Under the pieces are notes generated by a model. The model saw only the letters and a list, made by a program, of their open reading frames with translations, was not told the origin of the DNA and searched no databases. From contig CAWGXN010000004.1 of NCBI GenBank assembly GCA_963826605.1, positions 4,239-68,238 of the forward strand: DNA of 64,000 nt, read 5' to 3'. A program made the position numbers and the translations under genes. The stretch comes from an uncultured Alphaproteobacteria bacterium. GTDB taxonomy: Bacteria; Pseudomonadota; Alphaproteobacteria; MPNO01; DASWLB01. Position 1 is the stretch's first letter; every line of letters begins with the position of its first letter. Shown here one piece after another: positions 17,553 to 28,196 of this stretch.

Positions 17553-18575
17553 ATGTATATGCGTCAACGAATCGTGCTCGCCGCCGCACTGGCCGCGCTG
17601 GTCGGTGCCCTGCCGGCGGCGGGTCATGCCGCGGACAAGGTAACGCTGCGCTTCGCGTCGACCACCGTGCCGACGTCGAAGGTGAACGTGTGGGGCGTCG
17701 CGCCCTGGATCAAGGACGTCGAGAAGGCGTCGGACGGCACGCTCGAGATCAAGCTGTTTACCGGCAACTCGATCGCCACGGTGGCGAACGTCTACGACCG
17801 CACGATCGCCGGCGTGGCCGACATGTCGTTCGGGATTTTCGGGCCGTACTACGACATATTCCCGCAGGTCTTCGTCGCCGGCCTGCCGTTCGAGGCGTCG
17901 AACTGCACCGAGGCGTCGGTGGCACTGGCGCGGCTGTTCGACAAAGGTCTGATCAGCGGCGAGTTCTCGAAGGTCAAGGTGCTGTCGCTGTTCAATTTCG
18001 GCGCGCCGGCTATCAACAGCAACAAGCCGATCAAGACCGTCGAGGACATGAACGGGCTGAAGATCGCCGTGTCCGGCCGCATCGTCGGCGACGTGGTGAC
18101 CGCCGTCGGCGGCACGCCGATCACCATGGGCCCGCCCGACTTCTACCAGGCGATGAGCCGCGGCACGGTGCAGGGCATCGCGGTCGGCTGGCCCGCGATC
18201 ATGAGCTTCAAGCTCGACGAGGTGACGAACCACCACCTGGAAACCGACGCCGGACTGTTCCCCGCCTTCATTTTCATGAACAAGGGCGCCTATGCGCGCC
18301 TGCCCGCGAAGGCGAAGAAGGCGGTGGACGAATATTCGGGCGCCGTGTTCTTCAAGCGCATGGGCGAGGTGACGGACCGCCAGAACGCCGAGGGGCGCGA
18401 GCTCACGCTGAAGAAGAAGGGCCAGACGGTGAGCCAGCTTGCGCCGGAAGAAGCCGCGCGGTGGAAGAAGCTCGCCGCGCCGATCGTCGGCCAGTGGGCG
18501 GACTCGACGCCGAACGGCCACGCGGTGCTCGCCGCGTTCCGCCAGGCCATCGCCGACATCCGCGCCGGGAAGTAG
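17553..18575 (+). CDS. TRAP transporter substrate-binding protein (DctP family), with no DctQ/M genes nearby
   Basis: 340 aa with a signal peptide. It reads KVTLRFASTT...LKIAVSGRIVGDVVTAVGGTPITMGPPDFYQAMSRGTVQG. Confidence 0.8.
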   Translation: MYMRQRIVLAAALAALVGALPAAGHAADKVTLRFASTTVPTSKVNVWGVAPWIKDVEKASDGTLEIKLFTGNSIATVANVYDRTIAGVADMSFGIFGPYYDIFPQVFVAGLPFEASNCTEASVALARLFDKGLISGEFSKVKVLSLFNFGAPAINSNKPIKTVEDMNGLKIAVSGRIVGDVVTAVGGTPITMGPPDFYQAMSRGTVQGIAVGWPAIMSFKLDEVTNHHLETDAGLFPAFIFMNKGAYARLPAKAKKAVDEYSGAVFFKRMGEVTDRQNAEGRELTLKKKGQTVSQLAPEEAARWKKLAAPIVGQWADSTPNGHAVLAAFRQAIADIRAGK

Positions 18576-18586
18576 CGCGTCCGCGA

Positions 18587-18926
18587 GGGATGTTCCGCGC
18601 CCTATGCCGTTCGTGCTGAGTGCGGCCGAGCGGCGCGAGGCCGTGTATCGAAGTGCGAACGGCAGGTTTCGCACCCCGTCCGCTCTTCGATACGGCCCCT
18701 TCGGGGCCACCCAGGACGAACGGGGAATGAGGGCGCGGCTACTCCGCGAGCGAGGGGCGCAAGGGATGTTCCGCGCACTATGCCGTTCGTGCTGAGTGCG
18801 GCCGAGCGGCGCGAGGCCGTGTATCGAAGTGCGAACGGCAGGTTTCGCACCCCGTCCGCCCTTCGATACGGCCCCTTCGTGGCCACCCGGGACGAACGGG
18901 GAATGAGGGCGCGGCTACTCCGCGAG
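18587..18926. repeat. Tandem duplication (period 176 bp, ~164 bp shared, 4 mismatches) of a highly structured element
   Basis: The gggatgttccgcgc...ggctactccgcgag unit occurs twice. The internal stems are 18645-53/18685-93, 18654-60/18668-74, and ggcccc-ttcg-ggggcc at 18694-18709. Confidence 0.8.
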
Positions 18927-20195
18927 CTCTGCCAGCGCCTCGGTGCGGGCGCGGTGGTGCGGCACGAGGCTCTGCCACGTCTCGCCCGCGGCGAGCTCGG
19001 TATCGGCGACGCCGGTGATGCCGGTCATCGAGGGCAGCGGCGGCGGCGCCTTGCCGGCGGCGAGCTCGCGCGCGGCGGTCAGCAGCACGCGGCGCGTGTG
19101 GATCACCGCGGCGTCGGCCGGCACAAGATGCTCCTTCGTGCGGTCGAAGATCGGCCCCATCGACAGCGCGACCGCCGCGTCTTCCTGCTCCAGCCCGGCG
19201 AACCCGCCCCAGCGCTCGGCCATCGTCGAGCGGTCCTGTCCGAACCGGTTCGCCCACGTGCCGCGCCACTTGAAGTCGGATTCGGAATAGAGCCGCGAAT
19301 CGCCAATGCCCGACAGCGCGCGGTGATGCGTCCGCGCGTACGGCTCCTTCGAGTGGACGATGATGTAGGTGGAGGTGTTCTCGTCGTCGAGCGGCACCTC
19401 GAACAAGGTCGCGACGCGCGCCTGCGCCGGGATGATGCGCGCCGACGGCAGGATGAACGGCACGATGCGCACGCTCTGCCCGCCCGCAGGCGTCCTGCGG
19501 AAGGCGGCGTAGTGGAAGCCGAAATCGGTGGTCTCGATCGCGAGACTCGGCGCGTTGTCGTCGACGGCGAGCGCGCCCGGGTTCAGCGCGTCGGCGTTCG
19601 GCCTGAAGCCGCCCTGGTGCCAGCCGGGCCGCGCCTGGTCGGAATGCAGGATGCCGACATGCGACGAATCCATGCCGCCCTCGAGAAGCTGCAGATAGTT
19701 GCAGCGTATGTCGATGCGCTCGATGTTGCGGTGGCTCGCGGGCGCGCCGAGGAAGGCGAAGTCGGGCAATGGCGGCTGGGCGTCGGCCGGGCCGAAATAG
19801 CCCCAGATCAGCCCGCCCGCCTCCTGCACCGGGTAGGTCGCGGCGCGGAACTTGGCCATGAAGGCGGGGTTCGGGTAGTTCGGGCAGTCCACCAGCCTCC
19901 CCTCCACGTCGTACTTCCAGCCGTGATAGAGGCAGCGTATGCCGCACGCCTCGACGCGGCCGAGCGCGAGCGAGGCGCCGCGGTGCGGGCACAGCTCGTC
20001 GAGCAGGCCGAGCCTTCCCTCGGTATCGCGGAACAGCACGTAGTCCTCGCCGCCGAAGCGCGCGCGCACCGGGTCGCTGTCGCACCGGTCCACCTGGCTC
20101 GCCAGCGCGATGGGAGTCCAGTAGCGGCGGAACAGGCGCCCCATCGGCGTCTCCGGTCCCACCCGGCATAAAAGCTCGTTGTCCTCTTTACGCAT
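18915..20195 (-). CDS. Rieske [2Fe-2S] aromatic ring-hydroxylating oxygenase, alpha subunit type
   Basis: Reads CPHRGASL...CLYHGWKY. 426 aa and intact. Confidence 0.85.
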   Translation of the reverse strand: MRKEDNELLCRVGPETPMGRLFRRYWTPIALASQVDRCDSDPVRARFGGEDYVLFRDTEGRLGLLDELCPHRGASLALGRVEACGIRCLYHGWKYDVEGRLVDCPNYPNPAFMAKFRAATYPVQEAGGLIWGYFGPADAQPPLPDFAFLGAPASHRNIERIDIRCNYLQLLEGGMDSSHVGILHSDQARPGWHQGGFRPNADALNPGALAVDDNAPSLAIETTDFGFHYAAFRRTPAGGQSVRIVPFILPSARIIPAQARVATLFEVPLDDENTSTYIIVHSKEPYARTHHRALSGIGDSRLYSESDFKWRGTWANRFGQDRSTMAERWGGFAGLEQEDAAVALSMGPIFDRTKEHLVPADAAVIHTRRVLLTAARELAAGKAPPPLPSMTGITGVADTELAAGETWQSLVPHHRARTEALAELAE

Positions 20196-20402
20196 GTGCG
20201 TGTTTCCCGTGTCCCGTTCGCGGCCCGTCCGCGCGAGACAATCTATCCGGCGCGCCGCCGCGCTTCAACGCGCGGGCGCGGCGGCGACCGGACGGATTGC
20301 CGGAAGACGTCTTCGCGGCGGGATTTGATCAATGCGGAGGAGTTGGGGTCGCTCCGCAATGCGCGCGCGTACGCGATCGGCGCGTCGCGGCGAACGGACG
20401 GG

Positions 20403-20699
20403 TCAGGCGAGGTCGGAAGGGCGCTCGACGATCACGCGGCCGCGCCCGCGCCGCACCAGATAGCCGCCGCGCGGAATGCGCAGCTTGTTCGACCGGACGA
20501 GCGGCGCGAGGCTTTCGGCGATCAGCGTCGCGTTCTTGTCGGCGGCGACACCGTCGCTCGTTCCCGACGCCGTATACCACTCCGAAAACGCCTTCTCGGC
20601 GATTTCCTCGCCGAGCGACTTCCGCAAAGCGTTCAATTTGCGCAGCTCGCCCTTGCTGAGTTCCTTCTCGTTAAACTTCGGGGCTGGTTTGCGAGGCAT
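20403..20699 (-). CDS. Conserved small hypothetical protein
   Basis: 98 aa, Lys/Glu-rich N-terminus (MPRKPAPKFNEKELSKGELRKLNALRKSLGEEIAEKAF). An AT-richer promoter-like region lies upstream. Confidence 0.5.
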   Translation of the reverse strand: MPRKPAPKFNEKELSKGELRKLNALRKSLGEEIAEKAFSEWYTASGTSDGVAADKNATLIAESLAPLVRSNKLRIPRGGYLVRRGRGRVIVERPSDLA

Positions 20700-20760
20700 T
20701 TTCGGAGACTCCTGAAATTATGGTTGCGCGACGGATACATATAGTGCCGCTTCTTCGCGC

Positions 20761-20772
20761 ACAAGTACTTGT
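20761..20772. promoter_or_regulatory. Perfect 12-nt palindrome acaagtacttgt, a candidate operator
   Basis: Self-complementary. It lies ~60 nt upstream of ATG 20699 and is followed by three TATGCG repeats at 20799-20845. Confidence 0.3.
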
Positions 20773-21106
20773 ATCGATTCTATCGGACCAACGTCCGGTT
20801 ATGCGACTTATGCGCGATCTTCCCGACAAAAGTTCGCTATGCGAACATAAGAATGCCGTATTCGCGCCCGGCGAAACCGGCCGGTAAAGCGCCGTCCGGG
20901 CCGCGCGCTCAATGTGCGGCCGGGCGGGGTCGCAAATGGCGGCGCGGCGCCGTTCGCGGCGCGAATACGTAGTTCTACCTATTGCGCCGGCAAGGCGTTG
21001 TGGGATTGTCGCGGGTGCGCTCCGGCGAGGCGCTGCATTGTCAGCGGCGGGGCGCGCGGATAATCTCGCGCGCGCGCCGGGGTGGGTGCGGACAGGGAGG
21101 GTGGTC

Positions 21107-22060
21107 ATGGCCGAAGGCGCCGCGAGGGGCGGGCTGAACACGCACAGGATCGGCTGGATCGGCGCCGGCCGCATGGGCTACGCGATGGTCCACCGGCTGA
21201 TCGAGGCCGGCTGCGACGTGGCGGTGTGGAACCGCACGCGTGCCAAGGCGGAGCCGCTCGCCGCCGAGGGCGCGACGGTCGTCGACAAGCCGTCCGAGCT
21301 CGCCGACCGCGACATCGTGTTCACCGTGCTGGCCGGCTCGAAGGACTTCGTCGCCGTCACCACCGGGCCGGACGGCGTCCTGTCCGCCGCAGGGCGCGCG
21401 CCCCGCATCCTGGTCGATTCGACCACGGTGTCGGTCGAGGCCTCGGCCGAGGTGCGCGCCGCCGCCGCGCGCCGCGGCACCGCCATGCTCGCCGCGCCGG
21501 TCAGCGGCAACGCCAAGGTGGTGAAGGCGGGCAAGCTCACCTTCGCCGTCTCCGGTCCCGAGGATGCGTTCGAGACCGTGCGGCCCTATTTCGATGCGCT
21601 GGGTACCGGCGCATCGCGGGTCGGCGAGGGCGATGTCGCGCGCATCGTCAAGATCTGCCACAACGTGCTGCTGGGCGTGGTGATCCAGTCGATGGCCGAG
21701 ATCACGGTGCTCGCCGAGAAGTCGGGCGTGCCGCGCCACGCCTTCCTCGAATTCCTCAACCGCTCCGTCATGGGCTCGATGTTCACGCGCTACAAGTCGC
21801 CGGCGCTGGTCAAGCTCGACTATGCCGTCACCTTCTCGCCCGAGCTGCTGCGCAAGGACCTCGATCTCGGCCTTGCCCAGGCACGCGCGCTGGACGTGCC
21901 GATGCCGCTCGCCGCCATGGCGCGCGAGATCGTGCAGTCGCTGATCGGCAATGGATATGCGGACCAGGATTTCGCGGCGCTGCTTTCGCTCGAGGCCAAG
22001 GCGGCCGGGCTGGAGCTCGCGCCGGAAGACGTCGAGGTGGGCGACGGCCTGACCTCGTGA
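21107..22060 (+). CDS. NAD(P)-dependent oxidoreductase, 3-hydroxyisobutyrate/beta-hydroxyacid dehydrogenase family
   Basis: Reads IGWIGAGRMGYAM...AAPVSGN. GGGAGGG lies upstream of ATG 21107. Confidence 0.85.
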   Translation: MAEGAARGGLNTHRIGWIGAGRMGYAMVHRLIEAGCDVAVWNRTRAKAEPLAAEGATVVDKPSELADRDIVFTVLAGSKDFVAVTTGPDGVLSAAGRAPRILVDSTTVSVEASAEVRAAAARRGTAMLAAPVSGNAKVVKAGKLTFAVSGPEDAFETVRPYFDALGTGASRVGEGDVARIVKICHNVLLGVVIQSMAEITVLAEKSGVPRHAFLEFLNRSVMGSMFTRYKSPALVKLDYAVTFSPELLRKDLDLGLAQARALDVPMPLAAMAREIVQSLIGNGYADQDFAALLSLEAKAAGLELAPEDVEVGDGLTS

Positions 22061-22174
22061 CCACCGGGCTGGGCGGCCGCCGGCCGCCGAGCCCGTCGCG
22101 CGACGAGACGAACGCTTCTTCGACCGAGTCATCGCCCGCGCGGCCTGAGCGGGCGGCAGCAAAATGGGGGCTTC

Positions 22175-24143
22175 GTGAACGACCACCCGCACCGCAACGG
22201 GCGGGGCGCGCAGCAAGAGGGCGGGCGGCGCAGCGCCCGCGCGACCGTCCTCGCCGCGGCCCTTGCCGTCTCCGTCCTTGCCGCATCCGGCAGCGCGCGT
22301 GCCTCGGTGCCGCCGGTCGAGGAGCTGCGCGACCTGTCGCTCGAACAGCTCGCCAATGTCGACGTGACCGGCGTGTTCAAGCGGCCCGAGCCGCTGAGCC
22401 GCACGCCGGCTTCGGTCTACGTCATCACGCGCGAGGAAATCCGCCGCTCCGGCGCGCGGACCGTTCCCGAGGCGCTGCGGCTTGCGCCGAACCTCGAGGT
22501 CGCGCGCCTCAACGGCAACACGTACGCGATCCAATCGCGCGGCTTCAACCTGTTCGAGCTGTCGAACAAGATGCTGGTCGCGATCGACGGGCGCACCCTC
22601 TACACGCCGCTCCATGCCGGCGTGTTCTGGGACCAGCAGCAGGTGCCCGTCGAGAACATCGACCGGATCGAGGTGATCAGCGGACCGGCCGGCACGGTGT
22701 GGGGCGCCAACGCCGTGAACGGCGTGATCAACATCGTCACGCGCGATGCGCACGACACGCAGGGCGCCTATGGGCGGCTCGATTTCGGCACGGCGGAGCG
22801 CGGCGCCACCGGCCAGTTCGGCGGCAAGTTCGGCGACGATGGCGCGTACCGCTTCTATGGAATGGGCTCCAACGTCGATTCGGTGAAGTCGCGCACGGGC
22901 GTCGACCGTCACGACAACTGGCACGGCCGCCAGGGCGGGTTCCGCGCCGACTGGGGAAGCGGGAACACCGCCTACAACCTCAGCGGCGACATGTTCAACA
23001 ACACCGAGAACGCGGCGCAGGTCGCGATCTCCGGCGCCAACTTCACCGGACACTGGACCCGCGAGATCGACGTCGAATTCTTCGGTCTCGCTGCAGGCCT
23101 TCTACGATCAGGTGAACCGGCGCCAGCCCGGGCTGGTCGACGACTTGAACACGCTCGACATCGAAGGACGGCACAATTTCCGCCTCGGTGCGAACCAGAT
23201 CGTCTATGGCGGCGGGTACCGCTTCTATCACAGCCGCTACGACGTGAACCTGTCCCCGGCGCCGCCTTTGTTCTTCCTGCTTTCGCCGGCTATCGAGAAC
23301 GTCCACCTGGTCAATTTTTTCGCGGAGGACAGCATCGCGCTGCGGCCCAGCCTGACGCTGACCATCGGCAGCAAGTTCGAGTATTCGACGTTCAGCGGCA
23401 TCGAGGTGATGCCGAGCGTCCGCCTCGCCTGGCAGGTGGCGCCGGATCACCTGCTGTGGGGCGCCGTGTCGCGGGCGGTGCGCACGCCCAGCATCCTGGA
23501 CCGGGACATCCAATCCAACGTTCCGCTCGTGGAACGCTCCGGCGGCAGTTTCGGCTCGGAAAGCGTCATCGCCTACGAGCTCGGCTACCGCGGAACGCTC
23601 AGCGAACGGGCACATCTTTCGGCCACGGTCTATGACGACGTCTACAGCGATCTGCGAGTCATCGAAAGCGACCCCAGTAGCGGCCAGTTCGTGTTCGGCA
23701 ATGCCCAGCACGGCAACGTCATCGGAATGGAAAGCTGGGGCGACTATCAGATCACGCCGCGTTGGCGGCTGATGGCGGGTCTCAACCTCCTCCGGAAGAA
23801 CCTGACCCTCACCGACAACGCGACCACACTGGCCCTGGTCCAGCACCAGGGGACCGACCCCCAATACCAGATGTTCCTGCGCTCCTATTTCAACATCACG
23901 CCGGATCTCGAGTTCGACGTGACCGTCCGGCGCGTCGATTCGCTCGACTTCAAGTCCGCGGTCGTGCCCACCTATACCGGGCTCGACATCCATGTCGGCT
24001 GGCATGCGACCGATCGGGTGGAGCTCGCCCTGGTGGGCCAGAATCTCGTTGCGCCCGACCATGTCGAGAGCGGCTATATCGGCAATGCCAGCAACGGGAC
24101 GGTGCCCCGGTCCGTCTATGCCAGCGTGAGCGTGAAGTTCTGA
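22175..24143 (+). CDS. TonB-dependent receptor (one frame break near 23072 as sequenced)
   Basis: The plug region reads TPASVYVITREEIRRSGARTVPEALRLAPNLEV...IDRIEVISGPAGTVWGANAVNGVINIVT. The barrel continues in ORF 23112..24143 (SLQAFYDQVNRRQ...) and ends with a terminal F. Confidence 0.85.
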
Positions 24144-24709
24144 TGCCCCTCCGGCCGCACATGGCCCGCGCCTGCCGGCTCATGGCCGTGGCGGCGCTGG
24201 GGGTCGTGGCGGCACTTGCCGCGTCGCCGGCGCACGCCGAGGAGTCCGATCTGGCGCGCGCCGTGAAGGCGACCTTCGTCTACAAGTTCGCGGCATTCGT
24301 CGACTGGCCGCCGGACGTGGTGGGGCCGGAAGGCGCGCCGTTCCGCATCTGCGTCTCCGGCGACGATGCGTTCGGGCGGCTGATTGCGCGCGCGGCGGCG
24401 GGCCAGCGCGTGCACGGCCGGCCCATCGCGGTTGCGCTGGTCCAGATGGACGCGGCCCGCCTGGGCTGCCGGATCCTGTTCGCCGGCCCCTACGGCCCGG
24501 TCGCCGTGTCGGCCGTCCTCGCCGCCGAGCGCGGCCGTCCCGTGCTGACCGTGACGGACGAGGCCACCAGCGGCGACGCGAAGGGGATCGTCCATTTCGT
24601 CATCCGCGGCGGGCGCGTCCGGTTCGAGATCGACCGCGGCCTCGCCGAGGCGGGCGGCCTGTCCATCAGTCCCAAGGTTCTTGAGCTCGCGGTCGAGGTG
24701 CGGCAATGA
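24143..24709 (+). CDS. YfiR family (DUF4154) periplasmic protein
   Basis: The ATG overlaps the receptor stop (TGATG). It reads VKATFVYKFAAFVDWP...RILFAG...PVLTVTD...IVHFVIRGGRVRFEI. Confidence 0.7.
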   Translation: MPLRPHMARACRLMAVAALGVVAALAASPAHAEESDLARAVKATFVYKFAAFVDWPPDVVGPEGAPFRICVSGDDAFGRLIARAAAGQRVHGRPIAVALVQMDAARLGCRILFAGPYGPVAVSAVLAAERGRPVLTVTDEATSGDAKGIVHFVIRGGRVRFEIDRGLAEAGGLSISPKVLELAVEVRQ

Positions 24710-24737
24710 ACACCGTGTTGTGCGCGAGGCGGGCGAC

Positions 24738-26924
24738 ATGACGCGACTGTGGCGATTTACCCCGTTGGGCGCGCTGACGGCGGCCGTCCTGCTGCTGATC
24801 GCGGCGGTGTCATCGGCATCTACGCCGACCGCGACTACCAGAAGCAGAAGGCGGACGAGGCGCGGGTCCAGGCCGAAATACTGGCCTCGGCCGTGACCGC
24901 CGCGCTCGCCTTCAACGACCCGAACGCGGCGGCGAACTATGTCGACGCGCTGGCGGCAAATCCTGCGGTCGCGGCGGCCGCGGTGTACGACGCGCGCGGG
25001 CCGGATGTTCGCCAACTTCCTGCGGCCGGGAGCCCGGCCATTGCCGGCGACGGCGCCCTCGTCCGCGCCCGCGACCAGCTTCAGCGACCAGCGCGTGAAC
25101 GTGTCCGTGCCGGTCACCCAGTCGGGCAACCGGCTGGGCACCGTATATTTCCGTGCCGGCACGCAGTCGTTCGCCCAGCGCCTGACGCAAGTGGCCGGGC
25201 TGATGTTCCTCGGCATCATGGCCCTGCTGGTGCTCGCCGTGCTGGCGCTTGCGCAGTCGGCGCTGAACCGGGCGAACGCCGAGCTCGCGCGCCGTGCCTC
25301 CGACCTCGAGGACGCCAACGACCGGCTGCGTCACCAGATCGCCGAGCGCGAGAAGGCGGAGGAGGCGCTGCGCCAGTCGCAGAAGATGGAAAGCATCGGT
25401 CAGCTCACCGGCGGGGTGGCGCACGACTTCAACAATCTGCTGGCCATCATCCTGGGCAACCTCGAACGCGCCGAACGCCGCCTCGCCGCCGGCGCCGAGC
25501 CCGCCCAGCTGCGCGGCATCATCGCCAACGCCAAGGCCGGTGCCGACCGCGCCGCACTGCTGACGCGCAGCCTGCTCGCCTTTTCGCGCCGCCAGCCCCT
25601 GCGCCCGCAGCCGGTGGAGGTGAACCGGCTGGTCTCGGGCATGTCCGAGCTTCTGCGCCGCACGCTGGGCGAGCAGGTCAGGGTCGAGACCGTGGTGGCC
25701 GGCGGGCTATGGCGCACCTCGGTCGACCCCAACCAGCTCGAGAGCTCCCTCCTCAACCTCGCGGTCAACGCGCGCGATGCCATGCCCGATGGCGGCAAGC
25801 TGACCATCGAAACCGCCAACGCCTATCTCGACGCGTCCTATACCGCGGGGCAGCAGGATCTCGCGCCCGGCCAGTACGTCGTGATCTGCATCACGGACAC
25901 CGGCACCGGCATGAGCAAGGAGGTGATGGAAAAGGCGTTCGAGCCGTTCTTCACGACCAAGGACATCGGCCAGGGCACCGGGCTCGGCCTGTCGCAGGTC
26001 TACGGGCTGGTCAAGCAGTCGGGCGGGCACGTCAAGATCTACAGCGAGCCGGGCGAGGGCACGACGATCAAGATCTACCTGCCGCGCCTGATCGCGGCCG
26101 AGGAACCGTCGCCCGCCGCCGCGCAGGAGCCGCCCGAGCCCGACGCGCAGCCGCCGCGCGCGGGCGCGGTGCTGACGGTCGAGGACGATGACGGGGTGCG
26201 CGAGCATTCGGCCGGCATCCTCTCCGAGCTCGGCTACCGCGTGTTCCAGGCGTCGAACGGGCCCGACGCGCTGGCGGTGCTCAAGGCGCATCCCGAGATC
26301 GCCCTGCTGTTCACCGACGTGGGCCTGCCCGGCGGCATGAACGGCCGCCAGCTCGCCGACGAGGCGACGCGCCGCCATCCCGGGCTCGCCGTGCTCTACA
26401 CCACCGGCTACGCCCGCAACGCCATCGTCCATGACGGCCGGCTCGATCCCGGCGTGCGGCTGGTGACCAAGCCCTTCACCTTCTCCCAGCTCGCCGCGGC
26501 GGTGGCCGAGGCTCTGCGGCCCAGCGCGCCGGGCGTGCTGGTGGTCGAGGACGAGATGCTGGTGCGCACCGCGACCGCCGACCTGCTGAGCGATTTCGGC
26601 TGCGTCGCGATCGAGGCGACGACCTCGGCCGAGGCCCAGTCGATCCTGCGCATCAAGGGCGGCGAGGTGGCGGCGGCGCTGGTCGATCTCGGCCTGCCCG
26701 ATTCCAAGGGCGACACGGTCGTGGCCGAAATGCGGGCGGGCTGGCCCGACCTGCCCATCATCGTCGCGACCGGCGCGGGCACGGACGCGCTGCGCCCCGA
26801 TCTCGCCGCCGATCCGAAGGTGAGCTTCCTCGCCAAGCCGTACGGGCCGGAGCAGCTCGAGGCGGCGCTGCGCAAGGCGGGTGTGGTGCTGGCGCCGCCG
26901 TCTTCCGCGACCGAGCCCGCCTGA
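24738..26924 (+). CDS. Hybrid sensor histidine kinase (TM-sensor-TM, HisKA, HATPase, two receiver domains) with two compensating frame breaks
   Basis: Starts MTRLWRFTPLGALTAAVLLLIAAV. The breaks are near 24809 and 25000. Motifs are the H-box GGVAHDFNNLL, the N-box NLAVNARDAMP and the G-box GTGLGLS, followed by REC1 and REC2. Confidence 0.85.
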
Positions 26925-26943
26925 GCGCCGATCGCGCGGGCGC

Positions 26944-28186
26944 TCAGTCGTGCGTGTGGTGGTGCGCCGCCTTCTGGTAGTGCAGGCGCAACAGGTCGAT
27001 GCCGTAATCGTTGCCGTTCGGCGTCCGCACGATGGTGTGGACGTGGAACTTGGCCGGCTCGGCGTTGGTCAGGAACACCCCGCCATGATGGTCGAACTCG
27101 ATCATCACCACCGGGCTCTGGACGCGGTAGTAGAACGCGCTGTCCTCGGCGAACCCGCCGATCCAGCAGAAATGCGTGTCGGCGAGGTGGCGCTCGATAT
27201 CGGCCATGCGCGCGCCGGCCGGCCCTTCGGGCAGGGGCGACACGTAGTTCTGCACCAGGTCCAGCAAGGCTTTCCGCTGCGCCGCGTTCAGCGTGTCGGC
27301 GGTCAGCCCCTCGTACGGGATGATGCGGTTGTCGTGGTGCGCTCCGCCGAGATGCAGGTTGTCGGCGAAGTGGCGCCGCCCCGGCGGCAGGTCGCCGCCT
27401 ACCATGTCGTGGGCGACGATGGCGCGTGCGCGCTGCGCCCCGTCGAGCGAGCGCATCAAGGCGAGCCCCGCCCGCTCCTCGTCCTGGAACAGCACCGTGC
27501 CGGCGAACGGTCCGGTATCGGCGTAGGACGGCTCGGCGCCCCAGAAGGCCGGCGACAGCACCATCTGGGTGCCCAGGATGAAGCAGTTGAGGCAGAGATG
27601 GTGGCCGAACAGCTGCCAGCCCCACGGCTCGCTCGCCGACGGCGCGCCGAACAGGCAGAAATTGTAGCTCCACTCGCCCAGCACTTCGGGCCCGCCCACC
27701 AGGTCGCCGAGGAAGCGGTTGAGCCGCATCACGTCGCGCGAGCGGTTGTAGCCCTCCTCGCTCATGCTGGCGCGGACGACCGCCATCACCGCCTCGCGCA
27801 GCTCGGCCGAGACCTCCTCGAGGCGCAGCCCGTAATCCTCGACGTAGAGCTCGGTGTTCTGCCAGTTGCGCCACATGCTGGAATCGACGGGGAAGCTCAT
27901 GCGTGCCCGTGTCTCGGCGGGAAGGCGGGCGAGCAGCGCGGCCACCGCCTCCATCGCGGCGGCGGTCGGCGCGCCTTCGGGGCGCAGGGCGAACAGCTCG
28001 CGGAGCGGCGACGCCGTCGGTGGTGATGCCGCGGAACGGCGCCTCCAGCGCCTTCTTCCAGCCGCCGAACAGCTCCTTCGCGCGCGGGCTCGCGGTGCGC
28101 GTCTCGGCGTGGGCGCGCGCGGTCGGCCCGGCGATCTTGGATTCGCCGGGCTTCGGCAGGAACGGGCGATAGTCGGGCATGGTCAT
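26944..28186 (-). CDS. DUF3500 domain-containing protein (frame break near 28007)
   Basis: The N-terminus reads MTMPDYRPF...FRGITTDGVA in one frame, then LRELFALRPEGAPTAAAMEAV...WGWQLFGHHLCLNCF in ORF 26944..27954. Confidence 0.7.
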
Positions 28187-28196
28187 GGCGGCGCTC

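Noticed and set aside
18579-18926. Possibility that the repeats form a CRISPR array (also considered for the dispersed palindromes at 32-60 kb)
   Set aside because: There are only two long (176-bp) adjacent copies with no spacers. The short palindromes are irregularly scattered across different intergenic regions. No cas genes are present.
18778-20171. Two 463-aa ORFs on opposite strands over the Rieske oxygenase locus
   Set aside because: Only the 18915-20195 minus frame carries the Rieske CPHRG/CLYHGW motifs. The others are alternative-frame artefacts.
23060-23090. GAATTC sites lying close to frame breaks (23072 in the TonB receptor; 63326 near the LLM break) as a hint of cloning or ligation artefacts
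   Set aside because: There are only two instances, the other ~23 breaks have no such site, and the distances differ. This is most likely coincidence.
21041-23115. ORFs of 670 aa (minus strand) and 677 aa (plus strand) spanning the dehydrogenase and TonB-receptor genes
   Set aside because: They cross two unrelated genes in the wrong frames, are Arg-rich and have no motifs. The real genes are 21107-22060 and 22175-24143.
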